From Tubiluchus corallicola (Eukaryota > Animalia > Priapulida), in contig JAQGDQ010000003.1 in assembly GCA_030141605.1 (NCBI GenBank), positions 124,001 to 188,000 on the forward strand: DNA of 64,000 nt, written 5' to 3'. The number at the start of each line of letters is the position of its first letter. Within the stretch, counting starts at the first letter, position 1. Both the position numbers and the translations under genes were made by a program. The notes beneath the pieces were generated by a model. It was not told where the DNA came from. It did no database searches and was given only the letters and a program-made list of their open reading frames with translations. Positions 52,701-64,000 of this stretch are shown one piece after another.

Positions 52701-55700
52701 TCAAACCCGTCCAGAAAATCTGATGGCAGTTCTTCCAGCCAGGAGGCAGATGACAAAAGTCCGTCCAGTATTTGTTTTAATGGCAATATTTTGTCTGTTG
52801 AAGAGAATATTTGCATTCCGTCCTATGAAAATAACAAGTGTAAAGCAAGTGATGGTGATAGTGTATTTCCGGTTCATAGTAAAACTCCTGTAAATAAAAA
52901 TGTAAAACTAAATGATGATAATGTGTTGTTTACAAAAGTACGACACAAAAACTTGGATATTGAAAGCGAAGTAGTACAGGACTGTTGTTTTAAGCGAAAT
53001 AACATGATTCCACCTATAAAACCGATGCTTCAGCCAATTTCAAAAATTCAGGTGAGTTTGTCTGATCTCAAAACAAATCATTTTTTGCATCCTGACTGTA
53101 AAATTGTTTTTTATTGTTTGTATTTTTTATTATTAACATTAACTGCTACGTAACTACCTATCTTTTTAAATATGTACATTAGAACAGCTAAGTACTTCAG
53201 TTAAAAAATAACTGAATAACAATTATTTATCTTTATTTCATTATTAGAACCCGAATACTTCAGTAACTAAAACATGAATTATGTTGACTTGTTCAACAGG
53301 AAAGACAAGCTGTCATACGTGAAGATAAAAAGACGGCAAAGCCACGAAGGAAAAAGAAGTTAATTCCTCCTCAAGCAAATAAGCCACGCCTTTCAAAAAA
53401 TGATTTCATCTTAGACTCAGTAAGCAACAGCATTTAAAGAGTTTTATGTAATTTATAAAAGTTTTTAAACTATAATATGATTTCTTCTTAATTACAGGTT
53501 TACTGTACCAGTATAACATTTGTTTTACATATGCTAGGCTTTGTTGTAAACTTACTTTTCAAATTCTTTTTAATAAATTAAGCTGTCACGTTTATGCAAT
53601 GGGTGTGTCTACACACTGAACCCGTTCACATGAGTGGGGTAGTCTCAATTTTAAGAAAATATTTACATCCACGGGCGGGCAAGCCTATTAGTTGAATGTA
53701 AATATTTATTAGCCTAAATAACGTGCCAGAAAAATGGTGAAATGGCCTAGGTATCTCTACGAGGGCACACCTAGACAGGGATTGGTTCTTTTGGATATCA
53801 TTACAATTCAAATTACTTCAAGTGTTGCTTTACTGTTAAACTCTCAAGAATCTTTCACTGATATTTTTTATTAGCCTAGTAGTTGTTTTAAAATTGTCTT
53901 TACCACTTGTTTAAGCTAATGAAAAAACATATTTATTGAGGTATAACAACATTTCTTTGAGCAATTATGTTTAACAAGTACCAACTAAACTACATTACTG
54001 AAATAAAAGGGTTAGTTCCTACCCACGTGTGCTACCCGCTTTCCTGGCTCTTTCTAGCTTCAACTGCAACATGTTCGCAAGATGTCAGCGCGTAGGAGTG
54101 TCCATCGGGCCTCCACTATTACAAATCGTATGCCTGCTCCATGTGTCTCCACCGGAGTTCCATATACTGCACACCACTTCCTCCAACCATGAATCGCACA
54201 TTCATAAACGTGTCCATCAGAATGTTGTACAGTTAGCGTCTCAGCTAAACGGGACGAACGAAGAATCCGTGTCAGATTGCCAGTAACAACCTCACTGCTT
54301 TGTGGTCGCCTCTGTATCTCGAAACCCAGCAATGGCTATCATTTTCATATTAGTCATTATGGTTTCTTTGGGCTCTCACTACTCGTTAAAGTCGATTCCT
54401 ATGGCAACAGCAACCATCGGTCAGCCTCACAACTGTTCTGGTATAACTATTTACATGACGACCAAACTGTCGTTTGAACCCAGTAAAAGTAACCTCTTTT
54501 CACGGACTTGTTACTCATCTGAATTCAATGTCCATGCTGGTATACAGCCTCACCTTTCTCGTCGTACACGGTTGATTCAGGTAGCGGTTGAAGCCCAACC
54601 CGGGAACTTAACAGGTTAAAGCAGTTCTATGTAGGTATAATTTTGCAATTCAAATTTAGTTTCCAAACTGTACAGTTATTGTGCCTTATACACAATAAAT
54701 TGATGGCTCTCTTTGGATACAAAACATAAAATGACTATCAAAGTTATAGAAACAAAAATTTCTGGGATGTAGCAGTAAATGAAATAATAATGTGTTACTT
54801 GCATATTTTGACTAGTTTATTGTATCAGAACATTACACAAGTCATTTTTGACTTGATAATATGTTTTAGTTTTTACTGAAATGAGTTTCATCTGTGTTTT
54901 ATATTCTCTATCGTCTTGGCAACAGTTTTGTAATGATGTCAAATTTGTTAAATCCTGTTTTTTCTCAAGGTATCAAGCGCTTCTAAGCCACGACCATTAC
55001 CTCAGCCACCGGCACTATCGGTAAAGAAAGTTAGTTCAACTTCTGATACAGAAATAAAACCTTTGCACCATCCACGAGTTGTCAAATCAGCTGGTCACCC
55101 TGTTGCAACATTTGATGGCAATTCTAGGCCTAGCTGTACAGCTATGTCTGCAGAAGTAAGTTTTTGTATAATTGTTAACAATAGCTGATTGTTTTATTAG
55201 TCACGTGTTTGAACTAAATCAAAAGTCGTGTGCAAATCATTTTCTAAGTTCATTCGAAAATGATTCTTTCACATTCATTTTAACTTTGACTGATGTTATT
55301 GTCAGAGCATTTATTATTTATTGTATGAAGAATGTTTTTACTCATGATAACTTGCTGTGTTTCATATAGCCCGGGAAGTAAACATTCAAAATAAGGTAAG
55401 GCTTCTGTTTGGGTGAAATGACCCCAAATGTTGTATTGAGCAATTGCAACTTTTGATAGTTTGAAAAATTCGAAAAATTTAAAAAAAACAGATTTTTTTT
55501 AAAAAAATTAGTCAAAATGAAACAAGAAAGTAAATTTCGTTCTTACAGGTATTTACATCGAAAACACTGTTTACAAGCCACTATAATGATTACAAAAAAT
55601 ATATAAATTTAGTATTTTGGTATTAACTAAATGCTAAACGCCTGCCATTTGAAATACAGGCTAAACGTAACTCACTTGCTAGAGCTCGTCGAAGGCAAAA

Positions 55701-58700
55701 GTTGCAGCAGTCTGCAGAAACTGGGAATGAGATTAGTCCACGGGTCACTTACCTTCAAGCAATAGCTGGACAAGAAAGGAAGCGTTCAGCACCAGCATTG
55801 TTACAGCGACCTAGTCAGGTAAGTAATTGTAATACTGGTTTTTATTAAAAGATAAAGTAGAAAAATCTGTTTTTACAGGCCACGGAAAATGCTTGAAAAT
55901 AATTGTAAAAACTGACTGTCAGTTACAATGATAATGTTTTTAAACTTACATTTTTAACACAGTCAAACATACGTGTGAGTTTAAGCATGGTGTGCAGCAA
56001 ACACTGTATTCAGTGTAGTCATTTTGTCCTATCATTAGTTTTTTTCGTATTTGTGAAAATGTAATTTGTAGGTACCCAAAGACAGGTATCCAAGGTATGT
56101 CAAATTGTATGACTTTAGGATATACTAAAATGTAAAAAGTTAGTGTTAATACTCTATACACCCAAATATCAAGGTTTGCAAGTATTAGTACAAGGTTAAT
56201 GTTGTATATTGTTGGAAACATATCTGTATAAATGAATATGTTCTAAATTAGTGAGGTAGATCATGGGAACATGCAGTTTAAGACAATTTAGAATTAATTA
56301 ATAAAACAACATTAATTATATTTAAAATGCTCAAAACAGCAAAACAGTTGGGGTTTGGTATGTTTATGTTGTATCGTATTTTTTGCTGCACCCAAGTAGT
56401 GTAATCAATGGAGTATGGTAAGTTTCCCATAAGAAGACGTTACGTGGAACGGACAATATACATATCATATTGCCAGGTCCGTCCCCCACTGGCCATGTAA
56501 AATGCCATTTTTTCCAGCAGAAACCATCTTACAAACTGCCTGTGTCCTATATGCTGACTGTAGAGGCTTAATATAGGCCACATCTTTCATTATTACATTT
56601 ATAATAGGTAGATATAGTAACGGAATATGACTAAATCGCGTTTTATACAAGCACTTCTATCATACATGTACTGAATGACTAGCACTCACCTACACAAGCT
56701 TGTAGCTTGATAATCTTGATACATCCCAGCAGCTACTAGTCACCACTGCAATAATAACTAAACGATCGATGAAAGAATCGTCTGTAAAATGTGAGTCATG
56801 ACTTGGGTTGCTGTGTCAAAAGAAAACCAACCATTTTTACTATTGAACAAAAGGTAGAATTTGAGGAAAAATAAACCTCTGAACATATTTAATTTGCTAG
56901 TGAGTTTTGGGATTCTGTACTATCATAGTGTAAAACAACACTATTTTGGTCAAATTGGAAACATAATTATATTTCTAGGTCTTATTAGAATTCATCACAT
57001 ATATGCATTATTACATTCTGTTTTATTGCAATAAGCAAAAACAGCCTTGGGCCTAACTGAGGGGTAAATGTTTTTTCTCAGGTTTGCATGTGTCTTATAA
57101 GGTTTGAAATATGGTGTTAAATAAAGAGATATTTCTACAAATGTGATCTCTAATTTGCGTATTGAAAAAGTATCTATTAAACATCTTACTTATTGACATT
57201 AAAAATGTCCAAAATTGCTTATTAGTATAAGAAATCACTTTAAAACTAGTTAACAGTAAAAAAACTGTTATAATTTTCTCTTTCTACAGAAGGACAACAA
57301 TGATGGCATATCGTCTCACCGTACATCTACTGGAGACAACACTAGTAGTGGTGAAACAATTGAACCAGTGGTTGAAGTAAATGCTGATGTGGAAAAACGG
57401 TTAGTTTTTAAATATAATATTAAGTGCAGAGTCCGATTAAGACCTCAAGAGGCCCTGAGCACTGAAAAGATTATGGTATTCCCATATTTGCGTAATGCAG
57501 AATGAAAACAATACTAAACCATAAAATGAAATTTAATCTTTTAACATGAAAAAAACTTGCAGAAAGATTTATTTACAATAATGACATATCACCGCCATGC
57601 GATAAAATACGTACATTATACTGTTTTCAGTATCACTACGTTTTTATAAGCATTACCACACTTGAAAATGTGACGCATTATATAGTCAATCAATGTCATC
57701 ATATGGGCAACGAGCAACTCAGGCTGCTCGGTAGCCAGAATTTCGATGATCGTCCATACCGGCATATTGTAAAGAAACCCAAAAATTTCGAGTATTCCAG
57801 TATGTTTTACTTTTGGGTAATTATTCAATTTGAAAAAACTGTATGGGCCCCTCTTCCACTGAGGTCATAATGTACTTATTTTGGTTAATCGTTATATCAG
57901 GGCTGATTTTGTATATAACTTAAGTATCTGCAAATTTTTGCAAATTTTAATGTGCCAAGTAAATCGTTGCCACATGCCATTTATTCATATTTGCACGATT
58001 TGACCAACTAAACACTTGATTTGGATTTTAGCACTATAAGTTTTTGGGCTAAATAGTAAATAATTCGTAGATTTTAATAATTGTTTGAACCAAATTGCTT
58101 AGTCGGTTTTCGTTGATTACGATGAGAGGAATAACTGCGTTGTCACAGTATACGCTTAATAGTCAAGCAATGTTTGAATCTGATCTATAAATGATTAAGT
58201 TACCACTGGGGAAAACTGTTTCTGGATCGTTTTATGTGCCACGACTGCCACTGCTCTTAACATTGTTCAGGAAGGATATATCACCATAGAAAAGTGACCA
58301 AGTTGTCTCTGCCTTTTCAGTGCCCCATTAATATGGTGAAGATTAATATTGGTGAAAGCAAAAACCACATGCAAAAAAGATTGTCAAATCAGAATACATT
58401 GTCAGTATTGACTGGTCACAAGTTTGTCATTACTCAGAGAAACTAAATATTTGTCAAAAGTACAAAAAAATGTTCAGACAGGAAATAAATTGATGCTAAT
58501 ATTTCCGAATAAAATGTTTTAGACGAAAAGAAATGGATCAGTTCATTGCAGTATTGAATAATACGCTAAAAATGGAAAATAATAACAATGGAGTCGATGC
58601 TGTTGATGAAGAATTTGCATTTGTTGTTGATGCTGTTCCTCCAGCACCTCTTGTTGTGAGGCCAGTAGCCAGTGCACCAGCATTGAGACAATATGGTAAT

Positions 58701-60166
58701 ACATTACAGACTGTCTAATGAATAATTTAGTTCTAGCTATAACAGACCAGCTGTGCTACGCTGGTTAGGTGCAGTGCATAAATTGGTAAACCTTATTATG
58801 CTTTAATCAGTTACGTCTTTATTATTTAAGACTAATCGACTTATCAGAAAAGCTTGCAAGGTAACTGAATGTAATGTGAGTAGATTAACATTATTTTGTT
58901 TAAAATGTTGGGTTCTCCTACAAATTTTGCAAACTTACTGTGACAGATTTCATCAAGCTTAAAACCTAATATTTTCACTGATGAGTTTCATAATCTTAAT
59001 GTAGATGCTTTACCCCAGTCATATGCAACCAGTCAGCTGTTCAGTGAATGCAGTAATCTGAGTTCATCTATGCTTACTTTAACATATGCCAAGGTTCAGA
59101 TTCGCACTGTGCTTATCTTATTTAGTCCTACGAACGAAGGCATTTTTATTAATAACGTGCTCTTGCTTTAACATAGAAAAATTATTGGATATCTTTTACT
59201 TTGTGACAATTTTTTATAGTCTTAAACTACAAAGAAACTTGGTAGAATATCTTGTTTCACGTTTGTGTGTTGTCAAATGCAAAGCAGTGTTTTTTGCTAT
59301 GTAAATGCAACGCATAGTCAATAAAAACTACATTGGTATTGAAACGCAATGCAAAATAAAAAGTTGCAGTAAGAACTTTTAGTTAAACATTGCCGAAATT
59401 GGCTGTTATATTAGCATTTGGTAGCTTTCTTAGTTAAGAATAAAATGCAACCTGAAGAAAACAAAAAACACCATCTCAGTAGGCACTAGGCAGCACATGT
59501 CGCTTTAGGTTCTTTAGTTTTTATTTGATATCTTGCAAGATACAAGTTAGGATTTACATTTAATACTATATCTTTTGTGTTAATTTTTAGTATCAGATGC
59601 AACAATCAACTCATCTGGACGATTGAATGAGCGAATTAATGCATTGAGAAAGGACTGCATACGAGGTCTAGGAATACAAGAGCTTAATACAGTTTATCTG
59701 CTGATGGACACATTAGAAGGAGATCAGTTGGAGGTAATGGCTGGTCTGTGATAATGTAGCTAAACATCAATTAAAATGTCTTTAAATTTGATTTTAAATT
59801 GCAAGTAATGATAGCCAAGAACTTGACACCAACCTCATATTTTTAAGCACTAAATGGTGGAACTGTGATAAAAAACATCAATTTCACGGAACATTAATTA
59901 TGTCAGAATATGAACATTAATAACACTGTCATTATGAATATTAACAGTATATAAATGCTTGTACTTTTGACACAATATATGATTAAATCCAATGCAAGAA
60001 CAATGCTAGATCTTTTACATAGTATGCCATATATTTTCATAAATTAAAAATTTCTATTACACAGGAAGAAATGGTTGAATTACTTGGTCGGGAAAAATTC
60101 GAGATGTATGCTGGAAAAATTTGGCAGCTAAAATTCTGCGAAGAATCTTTGCTACGACTCAACTAA
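46306..60166 (+). CDS. NEK4: NIMA-related serine/threonine kinase NEK4, about 897 aa
   Basis: Phase-consistent exons: 46306-46392, 47097-47210, 49309-49461, 50571-50768, 51215-51322, 51678-51835, 52169-53051, 53300-53419, 54970-55155, 55660-55818, 57290-57399, 58523-58695, 59591-59733, 60065-60166 (TAA). Kinase motifs [73 protein letters not shown]4-type C-terminal blocks [26 protein letters not shown]. Confidence 0.93.
48297..48659. repeat. Minisatellite, 33 bp x 11, in NEK4 intron 2
   Basis: Unit ttttgatgatggtaaaacac(c/t)gacgtgtgcatc, contiguous and nearly identical, no spacers. Confidence 0.97.
49060..49143. repeat. Degenerate ~14-15 bp tandem repeat
   Basis: gtgccattt(t)ctg-like units repeated about five times. 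Confidence 0.7.
49745..49794. repeat. (CT)25 microsatellite
   Basis: Directly visible. Confidence 0.98.
50360..50465. repeat. Degenerate pentanucleotide repeat (taaga/tagga/taggt/taagg)
   Basis: taagataagataggataggttaagttaggttaggctaggttaaggtaag. Confidence 0.75.
57427..57905. mobile_element. Probable hAT-like MITE (CAGGG-type ends)
   Basis: cagagtccgattaagacc..ggccc at the left end, gggcccc..atcagggctg at the right end, CpG-richer interior. Confidence 0.4.
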
Positions 60167-60544
60167 CACTCGGAGTCGGTGCACTGAAAGATTAAAAGCT
60201 CGCTATCTAACATGGTTGCTTGTTCGTAAATTAAGATGATGTTATAAAATTAGGCAGTTTGAATGTCTAAAATAAATGTTTTCTTGATTCCATATCTAGG
60301 AAAGTAGTCAATCTTTTTTACGTGATTATGAGTAACGACTATGAAGAATCTTACAAATAATGCATTTGATAAACTAAGATTAATTCAGTTGGATGAAGTT
60401 CTGACTGTGTTGTATTTTCTACTGGACAGATGTAGCCAGAAAGATTTTGATTGATGAAACATTTGCAAAAAACCGCTATTTCCTATCCGCAAATACAGAA
60501 ATACATTACATTAAAATCTCTATGTTATTTTGGTTTCCAGTTAA

Positions 60545-60615
60545 CAGTAAGTTCTCGCTTAATGATTCTGTTGTGTTTCAGCAAAACGTCTTAAATGAAA
60601 CATCATTAAATGAAC
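60545..60615 (+). mobile_element. Terminal fragment of the CAGTAAGT MITE family, downstream of the NEK4 stop codon
   Basis: cagtaagttctcgcttaatga..gcaaaacgtcttaaatgaaac matches the reverse complement of the right end of 27499-28903. Confidence 0.55.
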
Positions 60616-63600
60616 ACATGGGGCCCATGTCAAATAATTTGTTAGATCCTATCCAGGAGCAGATCTTAGCTTATGCTTGATTTTCAAGGCCTAGATGATA
60701 TAATTCACATTTTAAAATGCGAACTTGTTATTCTATTGGTAAAAAATAAACCTGAGCTTTTTCGTTGCAACAAAAATTTTGGAAAATATATTCCGTTCCT
60801 TATGAAACGTTTAATATTTTAATTATTTAATGTTGGTTTGATTATTACTAGTTTCTCACCACATTCCATCTCAAAAAACTTGTAAATGCATAAAGTTTAA
60901 ATTATTGTAAATAAGATTACTGTTGTACATATGCACGTAGTTATAAAAGAACTGATGTATATAGATGTATTTATTGTGGATTGCTTACGTGCCTCACTTT
61001 TCGTTTTTCTATTTTAACTTATAATATTAGTTGGCGGTGATTCTGGCAAGTTTGAAAATTTCACTGGTTGTGAACAACTTTTGTAATTATAATCATTGAA
61101 CTTTTCTACTAGTAGTATTTTCCTAAGTATTTTTTGTGTAAGTCCGTCCTTGCAGACCAATACAAATTAAACTTTAAATCAAACATAATTATCAAAAACT
61201 AGTTGTCAGTTTTTTCCTAGTTGTATTTTGGCAGTTTATGCTTTTGCAACGTAATAATAGTAATACATTATTCATTTAAAAACACCCATAAGTGAGTCTT
61301 CGAGTTCAAAACTGATTCTACAGTACCCTATACAAGATTTGGTTTTTGGACTAGATTGGGAAGATAATCTACACTGTACACGGCTTTGAAAGATGCAGTG
61401 CAAACTAGTTTTTAATATCTCGTCATAACTGAAATAAACAACGTTCTCTACAGTAATTGAAATGAGTCTATAAGGCTGTGGGACTCACAAATGTCATATA
61501 GTTTGTTAAAGAATGGCTGAAATTGTCTGACGCTTTCTTACAACTCACATCGATGTTATATTTTTGTAATTTTAATCGCTTTCTGTAAACTGTCCTTATG
61601 AATTGGCATTTGTATTTCTTGGTTTTCATTGTCAAGCGGTTTTAGTCGGCATTTTGTCATCTTATCTTGTTCACCTTTTAAAATTCTTATCTCTTAAATG
61701 TTTATAAAATGAAAGTGACCACCAGTGCTGTTATTTAACAATATGTTAAATCATAACTTCTAAGTGGTCAATATCAAATTGATGACAGCGAAGGTCAGCA
61801 AAAATGTGAAAATTGTAACTTGAATAATTTTTCGATGATTCTTTAAAAGATTTTTAAGAAATCTTAAAAATTGTGTAATTTTAAATATATAGATATTTAA
61901 CTGAGAAATTAAATAGGTACAGTATCACGTAAACAGAAATACAAATGCAGCTTCACTAAAATAAACTAATCCGGAATACAAAGCATTGGGTTTTTTCTTC
62001 CTAACTGCCTTGATATGTCATTTAGAACACAATTTAATGATGTCATGAATCTATTTTTCGTAAGAATTTACGAATCGCTATTACGACATAACAGCATAAA
62101 AAATTGATAAAACATTACATGGACAATAAAAGCGAGAATAGCACTAACCTCTTTACACAGTTACTTGGCAGGTGAGTAACACAAATATTCCTTAACATTA
62201 ATATGCATGCTACTAAATTTCAAAACTTTGTTGTTTCTCAATTACACTTAAAATTTATCATTTCATTTATGTTATTGAACATTTTTAATGTGATTAAATT
62301 TAAAGCCTTAAACTGGAACGAACTAAAATGGAAGAAATGTGTCATTGTCTACCCTGGACCTGCAGAGGAACATTACAGTGCTTCCTGCTAGACAACACTA
62401 AATAATTTACTCCCCAGGTCCTGTTTCTGGATATTTGCTGTTCAGTACTGCAGAATCCCTTTTTACATTTCAGCCACAGATTTTCACTACCTTTATGAAA
62501 ACTAAAAGTAAGCAAATCCTCCTAGTCCATAAATACACAAATACTGCCGACATTAAAGTTCAATAATCTACATCAAATTTTATTGTTGCAAGATAGTAAA
62601 TGTACACGAACAAATATAAAGCTAAAGGCAAAAATTCAACAGTACATTAATAATATTCTGAGCTGTCTAAACAATTTGTATGTAAATGTAAAATTATATC
62701 ATGTGTTTAATGGCACTCTAACCCGCAATGTAAATATATACATAATAAAATTTAAAATCTGCTACCGATACATAAATTACTATGTTATAACGTATAACTA
62801 TACCCTGATTATTTAAATTACTTACACCCCATTACATACAATTTAGTGCAACTACAATGATTATAACATATTTTTTCTAAGTTCTGCCAAAGAAATTTTT
62901 AGATAATATCAAATCAAAAGCTGCCCTACATAAATATATGTAATTATATATTGTACATGTATAATATGTTCTACAAAATATAAAAAAATTAAGTTCATAC
63001 AAGTTATAAATGTAATGGACTATATTCCATTGAAGAAATGCTTTATTTTGACAATAAATTTGTCGAGTGATGTCACAGAAGTCTACCAAATTTGACAAAT
63101 TTAATGGATATCCAACATCAAGAATTATAAAAATTTGCATGTGCATCCATGTCAGAAATTTTTAGTTTAAACTAATTTTGATAGCAGTAAATGAAGTACA
63201 TTACATCATACTAAACTTAAACTGAATGACAATTTTAAAATATTCAAACATGGTTAAAAGTGAACGGAATCAAATGACTAATTCAATTACAAGTTTATTA
63301 AAATATGGCATCAGTAAATAAAGATGGTAGTGGGCATGGTGGAATGATTTTGGCACGAAACTAAAACTACTAAGCTGCTAAAATTTTCGAATTAATCAGA
63401 ATTCATGTTAACAATTCTTCAGGGAGAGCAATAAAAACAAAAGTACCATATGAACTTATATACTCTTACTTTTCCACAAACTGAAATGGGATAGAAGATA
63501 GGATTTAGCATCAATAAAATTGTATAACAACTGTAGTCAACCGCAAACATAATACATGTGAATGCTTTTACAAATTTATATCATACATCGTAAAATGACA

Positions 63601-64000
63601 ATAAATTCTTCCTAGAATCTCCCACTGTATATAAAATGTAAAAGCACAAAGTATCTTGTAAAAAAAACTTTCAAAGAAAATAAATGCATTTTTTCCAAAA
63701 GGCTATTAATTATAAATCTTAACTATATACTAAACAAAAATTAATTTCAGTGAACAAATTTGCAATAACCACTTTTTCAAAATAAAGTGCCTGACTACTG
63801 TAGCCTGGAGAATAAGCACAATTTTTCAAAATAAATAAACCATAGCTGTTGACCAATGCACTGCCATTGGGAACAGTAGTGAAAAAATTCACAAGCAAAG
63901 TACATGAGACTCTAAATACAACTAGTAATATAGCATTTGCCAGGAGAGGCAATACTCATGTCAAACCTAAATTCCAAAAATCTTTGCTATTGCAAGCAAG

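Noticed and set aside
51978-53153. 391-aa ORF as an independent gene
   Set aside because: It is the large internal NEK4 exon 52169-53051 plus intronic read-through.
61900-64000. Possible 3' UTR of a further - strand gene beyond the window
   Set aside because: Composition is suggestive but no coding exon is visible inside the window.

Overview
AT-rich, intron-rich animal genomic DNA. An ascidian/tunicate origin is my inference from the gene set and the frequent GTTAGT/GTTTGT-type splice donors. Four protein-coding genes were reconstructed by hand with consistent exon phases. (1) A 5'-truncated + strand gene of at least 20 exons (118-29438) encodes at least four RRM domains and a C-terminal extended Tudor domain (TDRD10-like architecture); RRM1 and RRM2 are a duplicated three-exon module. 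(2) An intact, intronless mitochondrial-clan CYP27-like P450 (16789-18327) is nested on the same strand inside an intron of gene 1. (3) POGLUT1/Rumi lies on the - strand (33146-42694, 9 exons, one GC-AG intron, no KDEL-like tail). (4) NEK4 lies on the + strand (46306-60166, 14 coding exons), head-to-head with POGLUT1. Introns and intergenic DNA contain pogo-, hAT- and TTAA-type MITEs, a Ty3/Gypsy RT-RNase H remnant, a LINE 3' remnant, a SINE-containing foldback element, a decayed ~1.8 kb antisense ORF, a 33-bp minisatellite, microsatellites and a recently formed near-perfect hairpin. No rRNA, intact tRNA or CRISPR array was seen. All calls come from manual reading; no database search was run.
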